DNA from: Gammaproteobacteria bacterium
Lineage (GTDB): Bacteria > Pseudomonadota > Gammaproteobacteria > JAKDMP01
Direction of reading: 5' to 3'
Assembly (NCBI GenBank): GCA_030452225.1
Contig: JAKDMP010000001.1
Coordinates: forward strand, 1-54,770
DNA length: 54,770 nt
Shown: piece by piece, positions 44,858 to 53,993 of the stretch
Numbering within the stretch: position 1 is the first letter of the stretch
Layout of the letters: each line of letters starts with the position of its first letter
The notes under the pieces: model-generated
What the model was told of the DNA's origin: nothing
The model's input: the letters and a program-made list of their open reading frames with translations, nothing else
Database searches by the model: none
Made by a program: the position numbers and the translations under genes

Positions 44858-46384
44858 ATGACGCTTGAACTCGACGGCCATTCACTCACGCTTACCGACC
44901 TTGCGGACTACCTGGGACACCCGAGTGACGTCCGATTGGGCGCCTCCGCGCGCAGCGCCATGGAGACCTCGGCGGCCAATGTCACCAAGATACTTACGCG
45001 CGGCGAGGCGGTGTACGGCATCAACACCGGCTTCGGGGCTCTCGCAAGCAAGCGGATTGCCGACGGGGATCTCGCCACCTTGCAATACAACCTGGTACGC
45101 AGTCACGCTGCCGGGGTGGGCGACCCGCTGGCCGATACCGTCGTACGCTTGATGCTGATACTCAAGGCCAATGGCCTGGCGACCGGATATTCGGGGGCCC
45201 GGCCTGCCCTTGCCGAAGCTACGCTCGCGCTCGCCAACGCCAGTGTCATGCCGAATATTCCCGAACGCGGCTCTGTCGGCGCTTCGGGCGATCTTGCGCC
45301 GCTCGCGCATTTGGCGCTCGCGCTCATCGGCGAAGGCGAGGCTACGCAAAAAGGCAAGCCCCTGCACAACGCGGAAGTCATGCGGGCGGCCGGACTCGAA
45401 CCGCTCGTCCTGCAACCCAAGGAGGGGCTGGCGCTCCTCAACGGCACCCAGCTTTCGACCGCGCTCGCGATACTTGGTCTCATTCGCGGAGAGCGCCTGC
45501 TTGGAAGCGCGGTGGTTGCCGGCGCACTCTCGGTCGAAGCGCTGGCAGGCTCGCATGCGCCCTTTGATGAGCACATCCACAATGCCCGCGGCCAGCACGG
45601 CCAGAGCATCGTCGCGGCGGCCTTCCGGAGGCTGCTCGAAAAGAGCGAAATCTGGCGCAACCACGAAAATTGCGATCGCGTCCAGGATCCCTACTCCACG
45701 CGCTGCCAGCCGCAGGTACTCGGTGCCGTCTGGGACACGCTCGCGCATGCCGCGGCGGTGCTCGAACGCGAGGCGAACGGCGCCACCGACAACCCGCTGG
45801 TTTTCGAAGACCGCATCATTTCCGGCGGCAACTTTCACGCCGAACCCATCGCCATGGTGTCGGACTTCATGGCTATCGCGCTCGCCGAGGTGGGCAGCAT
45901 TGCCGAGCGCCGCATCGATACCTTCATGCGCGGCATCAATCCGGCCCTGCCGGCCTTTCTCGCGCACACGCCGGGCCTCGAATCGGGTTTCATGCTCGCG
46001 CATGTCACGGCCGCCGCGCTCGCCTCGGAAAACAAGACGCTGGCGCACCCGGCGAGCGTGGACACGATATCCACGTCGGCTGGTCAGGAAGATCACGTCA
46101 GCATGGGGCCTTGGGCAGGTCACAAACTCCAGCGCATCGCCGACAATGTCGCCCGCATTATCGCCATCGAACTCGTGGTCGCCGCCGCGGCCCTCGATAT
46201 GCAGCGACCGCTCAAGGCCGGCGCCAAACTCGAAGCCGTTCACGAACGGATCCGCGCGATCGTGCCCCCCGCCAGCGCCGACCGCCGCCATGACCGCGAC
46301 ATTGCCGCGCTGGCCGAATGCATCGAAGCCGGCGACATTGCCCGCCGCCTCCCCACAGACGCCTGGCAAACGCCTTTGGCCTGA
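44858..46384 (+). CDS. hutH: Histidine ammonia-lyase
   Basis: 508 aa. The MIO-forming motif is ...GSVGASGDLAPLAHL..., followed by ...QD.YS.RC.PQV.G.... Confidence 0.93.
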   Translation: MTLELDGHSLTLTDLADYLGHPSDVRLGASARSAMETSAANVTKILTRGEAVYGINTGFGALASKRIADGDLATLQYNLVRSHAAGVGDPLADTVVRLMLILKANGLATGYSGARPALAEATLALANASVMPNIPERGSVGASGDLAPLAHLALALIGEGEATQKGKPLHNAEVMRAAGLEPLVLQPKEGLALLNGTQLSTALAILGLIRGERLLGSAVVAGALSVEALAGSHAPFDEHIHNARGQHGQSIVAAAFRRLLEKSEIWRNHENCDRVQDPYSTRCQPQVLGAVWDTLAHAAAVLEREANGATDNPLVFEDRIISGGNFHAEPIAMVSDFMAIALAEVGSIAERRIDTFMRGINPALPAFLAHTPGLESGFMLAHVTAAALASENKTLAHPASVDTISTSAGQEDHVSMGPWAGHKLQRIADNVARIIAIELVVAAAALDMQRPLKAGAKLEAVHERIRAIVPPASADRRHDRDIAALAECIEAGDIARRLPTDAWQTPLA

Positions 46385-46428
46385 GAGCCCGGGAGACCCT
46401 GGATTGTTTCATTGTGCCGAAACTGCAC

Positions 46429-46827
46429 TCATCGGCAAAATGCACTTCGCGATGCAGCGCCCACGCCGCAAGATCTACACCCCCGGGGGGGATTCGTTTG
46501 TTTTTTGCGTCGCGCCATTGTGGCCGCATGCGGTTTGAACTCCGTATCGACGTGCCAAAGTCGAGCACAGTCACGCCCTGACGCCTTGGCCTCATACAAC
46601 GCCTGATCGGCCAGGTTCAGCAACTGGTCCAAATCATATCCAGCCCTCGTGGCAAAACTGATGCCGATGCTGACGCTCAGCCGACCAATCGTTTCACTGG
46701 AACGGTCAGTCAGTCTCCTGCGTATGTCTGCCGCCAATTGCATGGGCAGGCTGTTTATTGGATGCCAGGCGGCTTTCGCAAGCGCATGGATGAAATCATA
46801 CCCTGCCTTCATTTGAACGGCGGGCAA
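46429..46827 (-). pseudogene. Relic of a GGDEF-domain (diguanylate cyclase) gene; only the C-terminal part of the domain remains
   Basis: The ORF translation ...KAGYDFIHAL...QLAADIRRRL......LSVSIGISFA...GYDLDQLLNLADQALYEAKASGRD matches the distal half of GGDEF domains (..A..IR..I...vS.GIa....d...Ll..AD.ALY.AK..GRN). The GGDEF signature is degenerate (GYD-F), and there is no N-terminal half, no sensor domain and no SD. Confidence 0.55.
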
Positions 46828-46991
46828 ACTGCGCAGTCAATGCGATCGGGCCAGCGCGGCAAACGCCTTGTGGCGGCTCGCAAGCACAGAACCCGGAATT
46901 TTCATCAGACCGCGCAAAATGGCCTGTATTTTGCTAAAATCAATGGGTTTTACCGGTTGTCGGCCCGCCCATCTACAGGAGGTTTGCATCC

Positions 46992-48110
46992 ATGCTCATC
47001 GGCGTACCCAGGGAAATCAAGATTCGTGAATACCGCGTCGGCATGACGCCGGCGGGCGTGCGTGAACTCGTCGATTCCGGCCACAAGGTGCTGGTGGAAA
47101 CGAACGCCGGAGCCGCGATCGATTTTGACGATGCCGCCTATCGCGCAGCCGGTGCGGATATCGCCGAGGACGCCGCAACGATTTTCGCCCGGGCCGACAT
47201 GATCGTGAAGGTCAAGGAGCCGCAACCCGCCGAATGCACCATGCTGCGCGAGGGCCAGATCCTGTTCACCTACCTGCATCTGGCGCCCGATCCCAGGCAA
47301 ACCAGACTCCTGCTCGAATCCGGCGCGATTGCCATCGCCTACGAAACGGTTACCGACGCGAACGGCCACCTGCCGCTGCTCGCGCCGATGAGCGAAGTCG
47401 CCGGCCGCCTCGCCGTACAGGCGGGCGCCCACAGCCTCGAAGTCAAACAAGGCGGCCGCGGGCTGCTGCTGGGCGGCGTGCCCGGCGTAAGCCAGGCGCG
47501 GGTCCTGGTCATCGGCGGAGGCGTGGTCGGCATCAACGCCGCACGACTTGCCATGGGGGCCGGGGCGCGCGTTACCGTACTCGACAAGTCACTGGGCCGC
47601 CTGACCGAGCTGGACAACCAGTATGGCCCGCAACTCGAAACGCTGTATGCAACCGGTGAAAGCATCGAGGAGCGCGTGCGCGAAGCCGACCTCGTGATTG
47701 GCGCCGTGCTTGTCCCCGGCGCCGCGGCGCCCAAGCTCGTGACCCGCGATCTGCTGAAGACCATGAAGCGCCGTGCGGTGCTGGTGGATGTCGCCATCGA
47801 CCAAGGCGGCTGCTTCGAAAGCAGCAGGCCCACCACGCATGACGATCCGGTCTTCATCGAAAATGACGTGGTGCATTACTGCGTCGCCAACATGCCGGGC
47901 GCCGTACCCCTTACCTCGACGCTGGCACTCACCAACGCGACGCTGCCCTTTGTCCACGCGCTCGCCGACAAGGGCTACAGGCAGGCGCTCGCCGACGATC
48001 CGCATTTGTGCAACGGGTTGAATGTACATCGCGGCAAGCTGACCTACGAAGCCGTTGCCCACGACCTCGCGCTCGACTACTTTCCCGCCCGCGAGGCCCT
48101 GACGGCATAA
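46992..48110 (+). CDS. ald: Alanine dehydrogenase
   Basis: 372 aa with an AGGAGG SD. The sequence reads [29 protein letters not shown]... with a Rossmann motif ([14 protein letters not shown]). Confidence 0.93.
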   Translation: MLIGVPREIKIREYRVGMTPAGVRELVDSGHKVLVETNAGAAIDFDDAAYRAAGADIAEDAATIFARADMIVKVKEPQPAECTMLREGQILFTYLHLAPDPRQTRLLLESGAIAIAYETVTDANGHLPLLAPMSEVAGRLAVQAGAHSLEVKQGGRGLLLGGVPGVSQARVLVIGGGVVGINAARLAMGAGARVTVLDKSLGRLTELDNQYGPQLETLYATGESIEERVREADLVIGAVLVPGAAAPKLVTRDLLKTMKRRAVLVDVAIDQGGCFESSRPTTHDDPVFIENDVVHYCVANMPGAVPLTSTLALTNATLPFVHALADKGYRQALADDPHLCNGLNVHRGKLTYEAVAHDLALDYFPAREALTA

Positions 48111-48240
48111 GCCCTTGCGCGTCGAACGGAACGCCGGGCGAGCAGCCATTCACCGAGGGCAAATCCGCGGGCACGGTTGGGGATGCCGGATATTCAGTAA
48201 TCTCGAGGTTCAGCCTGTAGGCCCTTGATGTTTATTGGTA

Positions 48241-48630
48241 TTATTTTTTCTCGTGCTGCTTTGCTTCCACCCACAAAGCCTCCAGTCCTTCGAGGCCCAC
48301 GTCTTCCGGCCTGAGCCTTTGTTTCGCCAGGCTCTCTTCGATGTGGCGGAAGCGGCGCTGAAATTTTCCGACCGTGGCGACCAGCGCGGCATCCGGCTCG
48401 ACACCAATATGGCGCGCATAGTTGACGACGGCAAAGAGCAGATCGCCGAGTTCATCACTCGCCTTGTCCGGATTTGAACGGCGTGAACCAACGGCTTCCT
48501 TCAGCTCGGCGAGTTCTTCGTCCATTTTCGCCAACGGGCCATCTGCATCGGGCCAGTCAAAGCCCACATCGGCAACGCGTCTCTGAATCTCCAGAGCCAG
48601 TGACAACGCAGAGGTTTCATGCGTGTTCAT
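48241..48630 (-). CDS. MazG-type nucleoside triphosphate pyrophosphohydrolase (single-domain)
   Basis: From ATG 48630 (ATGA overlap with the upstream Nudix stop) the sequence is ...DWPD..G...K..EE..EL.EA........ELGDLLFAVVNYARH.G..P..AL......KF..RF..E. Confidence 0.8.
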   Translation of the reverse strand: MNTHETSALSLALEIQRRVADVGFDWPDADGPLAKMDEELAELKEAVGSRRSNPDKASDELGDLLFAVVNYARHIGVEPDAALVATVGKFQRRFRHIEESLAKQRLRPEDVGLEGLEALWVEAKQHEKK

Positions 48631-49295
48631 GGCCGTTCTCCCCAAGCCTTCCCCAATGCCGGCAGGAGCAGCCGCAACATGCCGGCGGTCGCACCCCAGA
48701 TCCTTTGATCCTCCCACAACAGTTCGCGATGCGGAAAACGCCTGCCGTTGAAGTCGAGCGGACGATCCTTCCACCGCCGGGTATCCAGCAATACCGCGAG
48801 CGGTACGATGAAGATCCCGGCGACTTCCCCGGGTTGTGCGCGCAATAGGGGCAACTTCGGCACATAGCCGACCACCGGGGTTACCCGGTAACCGCTGGTG
48901 GTCGGGTAATCCGCCAGGCGTCCCAACACCCGGACGTACTCCGGCGGCAAGGCGACTTCCTCCTCCGCTTCGCGTAGAGCCGTCCGCTCGACGCTCTCGG
49001 CGCCTTCGCGTGCACCGCCGGGAAACGCCACCTGGCCTGGATGGGTCGCAATGTCGTCGCGGCGGCGGGTAAAAAGCATCCCCGTCCCGCCGGCAGTCTC
49101 GACGATGGCAATCAGTACGGACGCCGCTGCCGGTTGACCCGAAGCAAGCGTCTCGACGCGGCGCAATGCCTCGCGAGTAGGCGCATCCAGCCCGTCGCCC
49201 TGCTCATCCAGGGCGGCCGCAAGCGCTTCCACCCAACCGGGCAAAAGGGCATCCATGGCGCACGCATCCGGCTCCTGTATCTGTGACGGTTTCAT
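48627..49295 (-). CDS. NUDIX hydrolase, CoA pyrophosphatase-like (NudL type)
   Basis: The Nudix box is GQVAFPGGAREGAESVERTALREAEEEVAL, followed by ...GYRVTPVVGY... and ...WGATAGML..L, as in NudL-type enzymes. The start is uncertain (ATG 49295 or ATG 49256). The track start at 49367 would overlap the divergent purB. Confidence 0.75.
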   Translation of the reverse strand: MKPSQIQEPDACAMDALLPGWVEALAAALDEQGDGLDAPTREALRRVETLASGQPAAASVLIAIVETAGGTGMLFTRRRDDIATHPGQVAFPGGAREGAESVERTALREAEEEVALPPEYVRVLGRLADYPTTSGYRVTPVVGYVPKLPLLRAQPGEVAGIFIVPLAVLLDTRRWKDRPLDFNGRRFPHRELLWEDQRIWGATAGMLRLLLPALGKAWGERP

Positions 49296-49347
49296 CTTCC
49301 CCTGCAAGGCCCTGTAAAATATGCATTTTAATGAGAGTTGCAATTCG

Positions 49348-50745
49348 ATGCTGGCGGAAACCTCCACCGAGGCCCTGTTTGCGCTGTCGCCACTGGACGG
49401 ACGTTACCGTTCGCGCACCGAAGAACTGCGCGAAGTGCTGTCCGAATTCGGATTGATGCGCGCCCGCGTGCGGGTGGAACTCGCCTGGTTCCGCGCGCTC
49501 GCCGAGGCAGAAGACATCCCCGAATGCCCGCCGCCGTCGGCCGGGGCCGAGGCGGCACTGGATGCAATCGAAAGGAATTTCGACGGCAAGGCCGCGGCAC
49601 GCATCAAGGCCATCGAGACCGTCACCAATCACGACGTCAAGGCCGTGGAGTATTACCTCAAGGAATGTTTCGCCGCCGTTCCCGAGCTTGCGGGAGCCGG
49701 CGAGTTCATCCACTTCGCCTGCACCTCGGAGGACATCAATAACCTTTCCTGGGGGCTGGTGCTGAACGAGGCCTGCAAACAAGTAGTGCTGCCGCATTTC
49801 GCAAGCGTGCTCGGCTCGCTGGACGCGCTGGCCGACGCCGAAGCCGATACTTCCATGCTCGCGCGTACACACGGCCAGGCGGCGACCCCCACGACCCTCG
49901 GCAAGGAGATCGCCGTCGTCGCCGTTCGCCTCGAGCGGGCCGCGAAACGTATCGAAGCCATCGGTCTCGGCGGCAAAATCAACGGCGCTACCGGCAACTT
50001 CAATGCGCACTGCGTTGCATACCCGCAAGTGGACTGGCCCGCGCTTTCGCGCCGCGTAGTCGAAAACCTGGGGCTCGAGTGGCGGCCCCTGACCACGCAG
50101 ATCGAACCGCACGACAGCGTGGCGGAACTGCTCGACGCCATCGCGGCGGCCAACACGGTGCTGATTGATGTCTGCCGTGACATCTGGAGCTACATCAGCT
50201 TCGGCTACTTTCGCCAGCGCCTGGTGCAAGGCGAGGTCGGTTCCTCGACCATGCCGCACAAGGTCAACCCGATCGATTTCGAAAATGCCGAGGGCAATTT
50301 CGGCATTGCCAACGCTCTCGCCCGCTACTTGGCGGGCAGCCTGCCGATTTCGCGCATGCAGCGCGATCTCACCGACTCGACCGCCCAACGAGCACTGGGC
50401 ACCGTCTTCGGCCACACGCTGGTGGCGCTCACTTCGCTCGTACGCGGCCTGGGGAAACTCGAAGTCGCGCATGATCGACTCGCCGAAGAGCTGGACGCAC
50501 ACTGGGAGGTCCTCGGCGAGGCTGCGCAAACCTTGATGCGCAAGCACGGCGTGGACAAGCCCTATGAGACCCTCAAGACCGCCACTCGCGGCAAGGCGCT
50601 TGATCGCACTACCTGGCAGGCGGTGGTCGCGCAGTTGCCGCTGCCGGATGCAGCCCGACGCGAGCTGGAGGCCTTGACGCCTGACGCATACACGGGGCTT
50701 GCCGCCCGCCTCGCCCGGACTCGCCGCCATCGCGATGACGCCTGA
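49348..50745 (+). CDS. purB: Adenylosuccinate lyase
   Basis: The sequence reads ...LSPLDGRY......L....SEFGL...RV.VE..W..... and ...SSTMPHKVNPIDFEN.EGN..... I place the start at ATG 49348; the track start at 49321 adds 9 codons. Confidence 0.92.
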   Translation: MLAETSTEALFALSPLDGRYRSRTEELREVLSEFGLMRARVRVELAWFRALAEAEDIPECPPPSAGAEAALDAIERNFDGKAAARIKAIETVTNHDVKAVEYYLKECFAAVPELAGAGEFIHFACTSEDINNLSWGLVLNEACKQVVLPHFASVLGSLDALADAEADTSMLARTHGQAATPTTLGKEIAVVAVRLERAAKRIEAIGLGGKINGATGNFNAHCVAYPQVDWPALSRRVVENLGLEWRPLTTQIEPHDSVAELLDAIAAANTVLIDVCRDIWSYISFGYFRQRLVQGEVGSSTMPHKVNPIDFENAEGNFGIANALARYLAGSLPISRMQRDLTDSTAQRALGTVFGHTLVALTSLVRGLGKLEVAHDRLAEELDAHWEVLGEAAQTLMRKHGVDKPYETLKTATRGKALDRTTWQAVVAQLPLPDAARRELEALTPDAYTGLAARLARTRRHRDDA

Positions 50746-51166
50746 ATTCACCGTCCGCGAAGCCGACTGGGAGCGGGATCGCAGGGCCCTGCGGGACGTG
50801 CGCACCCGCGTCTTCGTCGAAGAACAGGATGTCCCGCCGGACCTCGAATGGGACGGACTCGACGCGCAGTGTGTACACATGCTCGCCACCGCCGGCGGCA
50901 TTCCCGTCGGTACGGGCCGGCTTGCGCCGGACGGACACATCGGGCGCATGGCCGTGGTGGCGGACTGGCGCGGCTGCGGCGTTGGCCAGGCGCTGCTGGA
51001 GGCACTGATGGCCGCTGCGCGCGAGCGCGGCCATTCGCATTGCCGCCTCAATGCGCAGATCAGTGCAATGGGCTTTTACAAGCGCTTCGGCTTCGAGCCC
51101 CACGGCGTGGACTTCATGGAAGCCGGTATCGTCCATCGTGCCATGACCCATGAGTTCAAACGATGA
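50735..51166 (+). CDS. GNAT-family N-acetyltransferase
   Basis: From ATG 50735 the acetyl-CoA-binding core reads ...IGRMAV....RG.GVG.ALL.A.......G......L.AQ..A..FY.R.GF. Confidence 0.75.
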   Translation: MTPEFTVREADWERDRRALRDVRTRVFVEEQDVPPDLEWDGLDAQCVHMLATAGGIPVGTGRLAPDGHIGRMAVVADWRGCGVGQALLEALMAAARERGHSHCRLNAQISAMGFYKRFGFEPHGVDFMEAGIVHRAMTHEFKR

Positions 51167-51624
51167 ATGACCGTAGTTTCCAGCCGCATGTCACCGTTGC
51201 CGCTGTTAGTGAACAAGACGGGCATTTTCTCGTCGTACACGAGTACGTGAACGGCGCCGAACGCATCAACAACCCTGCGGGGCACATCGAGGATGGAGAA
51301 TCGCCCGAAGCCGCCGTGGTACGAGAAGTCATGGAGGAGACCGGCTATCACTTCGTCCCCGAATCGCTGGGCGGCATCTATGTCTGGCGTCGTCCGGACA
51401 ACAGCGAAACCTTCGTCCGTTGCAATGTAATCGGTCACTGCGATGGCCACGATGCCGACGCCGTACTCGACGCAGGCATCATCGGTCCGCAATGGTACAG
51501 CCTCCGCGACCTGCAAAACCGCGAGGCCATGCTCAGAAGCCCTCTCGTCCTGCGATCGTTCCGGGAATACCTCGATGGAGTTCGTTACCCGCTCGGTGTC
51601 ATCACCACGCTGATCGGCCCGTGA
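51163..51624 (+). CDS. NUDIX hydrolase (NudJ-like, adjacent to mnmA)
   Basis: 153 aa. The Nudix box is GHIEDGESPEAAVVREVMEETGY. The start overlaps the GNAT stop as ATGA, and the stop overlaps the mnmA GTG start as GTGA. Confidence 0.8.
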   Translation: MNDRSFQPHVTVAAVSEQDGHFLVVHEYVNGAERINNPAGHIEDGESPEAAVVREVMEETGYHFVPESLGGIYVWRRPDNSETFVRCNVIGHCDGHDADAVLDAGIIGPQWYSLRDLQNREAMLRSPLVLRSFREYLDGVRYPLGVITTLIGP

Positions 51625-52766
51625 GCGCACCCCTGGTCATCGTGGGGCTTTCCGGCGGAGTGGATTCCGCCGTGAGCGCGCACCTGCTTCTCGAAGCGGG
51701 CTACCGCGTCGAGGGCCTGCACATGACCAACTGGGAGGCCGACGATGGCTACTGCACCCGCGTGGACGACGAAGCCGAGGCCGCCGCCGTTGCCGAACAT
51801 CTCGGCATCGTGCTGCATCGCGCCAATTTCACCCGTGAATATCGCGAAGAAGTTTTTGCCGACTTTCTCGCCGAATATCGCGCGGGCCGCACGCCCAACC
51901 CGGATGTGCCCTGCAATCGCCACATCAAGTTCGATGCTTTCTTCAGTTGGGCGCGCCGGCTCGGTGCGGATGCGATCGCCACGGGCCATTACGCGCGCGT
52001 CGAAGACATTGCCGGGCGGCCGGGCCTCGCCACGGCACAGGACCGGAACAAGGATCAGACCTACTTTCTCCATGCCGTACCGGGATCGGCATTGGCACGC
52101 ACGCTTTTCCCGCTCGGCGATCTTTCCAAGCCCGAAGTGCGCGACATCGCCCGGCGTATCGGCCTGCCCAACCACGCGCGCAAGGATTCCACCGGCATCT
52201 GCTTTATCGGTGAGCGGCCCTTCCGCGAGTTTCTGGCCGAATACCTTCCCGCCTCCCCCGGCGACTTCGTGGACACGGCAGGCCTAAAGGTCGGCCGACA
52301 CGACGGCCTTCACTTCTACACCTTCGGACAGCGCGGCGGTCTCGGGATCGGCGGCGTAGCGGGGAAAGCGGACGCGCCCTGGTACATCATCGGCAAGGAC
52401 TACGACCGCAACCGGCTCATAGTCGCCCAGGATCCCAACCATCCGCGCGGCATGACGACGGCGCTCAAGGCCGATCGTCTGCACTGGATTGCAGGCAAGG
52501 CGCCGCCCGCCCCGGCCAGGGTTCAGCTGCGGGTTCGCTATCGGCAAACACCCGTAGAAGCGACACTCGAGTCAGTCGGGAAGCAAAGCATGCAACTGCG
52601 ACTTGCACAGCCTTTGCGCGCAGTTACGCCCGGTCAGTACGCAGTGCTCTATGCTGGCGACCTGTGCCTGGGCGGCGGGCGCATCATTGCTCGCACCACC
52701 CTTGCCGACGGCGCCGAACCGGTTCGCGCCGACGCAGTGGCCAGTAGAACGGGAAACGGCAGATGA
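51621..52766 (+). CDS. mnmA: tRNA-specific 2-thiouridylase
   Basis: From GTG 51621 the PP-loop is ...VIVGLSGGVDSAVSA.LL...GY.V.GL.M.NW, followed by ...NPD..CN..IKF..F......LGAD.IATGHYAR.... The upstream 67 codons of the track ORF overlap the Nudix gene. Confidence 0.92.
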   Translation: MSAPLVIVGLSGGVDSAVSAHLLLEAGYRVEGLHMTNWEADDGYCTRVDDEAEAAAVAEHLGIVLHRANFTREYREEVFADFLAEYRAGRTPNPDVPCNRHIKFDAFFSWARRLGADAIATGHYARVEDIAGRPGLATAQDRNKDQTYFLHAVPGSALARTLFPLGDLSKPEVRDIARRIGLPNHARKDSTGICFIGERPFREFLAEYLPASPGDFVDTAGLKVGRHDGLHFYTFGQRGGLGIGGVAGKADAPWYIIGKDYDRNRLIVAQDPNHPRGMTTALKADRLHWIAGKAPPAPARVQLRVRYRQTPVEATLESVGKQSMQLRLAQPLRAVTPGQYAVLYAGDLCLGGGRIIARTTLADGAEPVRADAVASRTGNGR

Positions 52767-53635
52767 CTACCGAAGCCTTGCCCGACATGACCGGCAAAAC
52801 CGTCCTCATAACCGGCGCTACGAGCGGCATCGGGCTCGAAGCGGCCGTCATGCTCGCCGGCGCCGGGGCGCGGCTCATCATCGTCGGGCGCAACGTCGCC
52901 AAAACCGGAATCGTCCTCGCCGAGGTCGCGCAACGGTCGGAGTCGAAACACATCAATTCGATGTTGTGTGATTTTGCCTCGCAAGCCGCCATTCATCGCC
53001 TCGCGGACCAATTCATTGCACGTCACCAACGGCTCGACATACTCATCAACAACGCCGGCACGGTCAACGCCCATCGCAGGCTGACCGAAGATGGCGTTGA
53101 GACGACCTTTGCCGTGAATCACCTCGGTTACTTCCTGCTCACCAACCTGTTGCTCGATCGTATCAAGGCAAGCGCGCCCGCGCGCATCGTCAATGTCGCC
53201 TCGCAGGCCCACTACCAGGGTACGCTCGACCTGAACGATCCCGGCTTCGAGCACGGTTACCGGATCATGCACGCGTATCGTCGCTCCAAACTGGCCAACG
53301 TACTCTTTACCCGGGAACTCGCGCGCAGGCTCGAGGGCAGTGACGTCACCGTGAACGCCGTGCATCCCGGCGTCGTCGCTACCCACATCTGGGACGGCGC
53401 GCCGCGCTGGACGCAACCGATCTTCGCCGTCACGAAAAAGTTTTTCATGATTTCGCCTGAAGCGGGCGCGAAAACCATTGTGTACCTGGCCGCCAGTCCC
53501 GAAGTCGAAGGCAAGAGCGGCCTGTACTTCGAGAACAACCAGCCGAAAGAACCATCAAGGCTCGCCCGCGATGAAGCACTCGGCGAAACACTATGGATTG
53601 AAAGCGAACGGCTCACCCATTTCCCATCGCCATAA
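52763..53635 (+). CDS. Short-chain dehydrogenase/reductase (classical SDR, retinol-dehydrogenase-like)
   Basis: 290 aa. It has TGATSGIG and NNAG, with the catalytic residues in ...S.....YRRSKLANVLF... . The start overlaps the mnmA stop as ATGA. Confidence 0.85.
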   Translation: MTTEALPDMTGKTVLITGATSGIGLEAAVMLAGAGARLIIVGRNVAKTGIVLAEVAQRSESKHINSMLCDFASQAAIHRLADQFIARHQRLDILINNAGTVNAHRRLTEDGVETTFAVNHLGYFLLTNLLLDRIKASAPARIVNVASQAHYQGTLDLNDPGFEHGYRIMHAYRRSKLANVLFTRELARRLEGSDVTVNAVHPGVVATHIWDGAPRWTQPIFAVTKKFFMISPEAGAKTIVYLAASPEVEGKSGLYFENNQPKEPSRLARDEALGETLWIESERLTHFPSP

Positions 53636-53993
53636 TCAACATGCAGGAGCATGGCACGCCGGCGACACCGCCGGCAAGGCCGCGGGCCGGCTAGCCCGTG
53701 CATCGTTCTGCCGGCGTCCGGTTTGGCCAAGTCTGCCTCGATCCGTATTGCACGCGCAGATCCGGGCTCGACCGCGGAGACAATTCGGCCCTGCCTCCTT
53801 GATTCCCACCCATGCGCACATTCCGGCACGCCTCGCCATGGCCGGTTGAAACGACGGTTCCGACTTTGTTACCGTGAAGTCGATGGATGCCGCGCGATTG
53901 CAGCGACGTACAATCGTCCGCACGAGGCGCGTAATTCGCACTGCGCGGCATGTGACACGGTAACAACACACGTGGGAAACAATGGAGGACAAC

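Noticed and set aside
43296-46369. 335-aa (43296..44303) and 495-aa (44882..46369) minus-strand ORFs
   Set aside because: They are antisense to hutI and hutH, whose identities are secure from the metal-binding HxH context and the ASG MIO motif.
46479-46512. CCCCCGGGGGGG followed by a T-rich tract as a hutH terminator
   Set aside because: The C5/G7 palindrome leaves essentially no loop, and it lies about 95 nt past the stop inside the GGDEF relic ORF. It is too weak to call.
49204-51051. 615-aa minus-strand ORF
   Set aside because: It is antisense to purB and the GNAT gene and has shadow composition.
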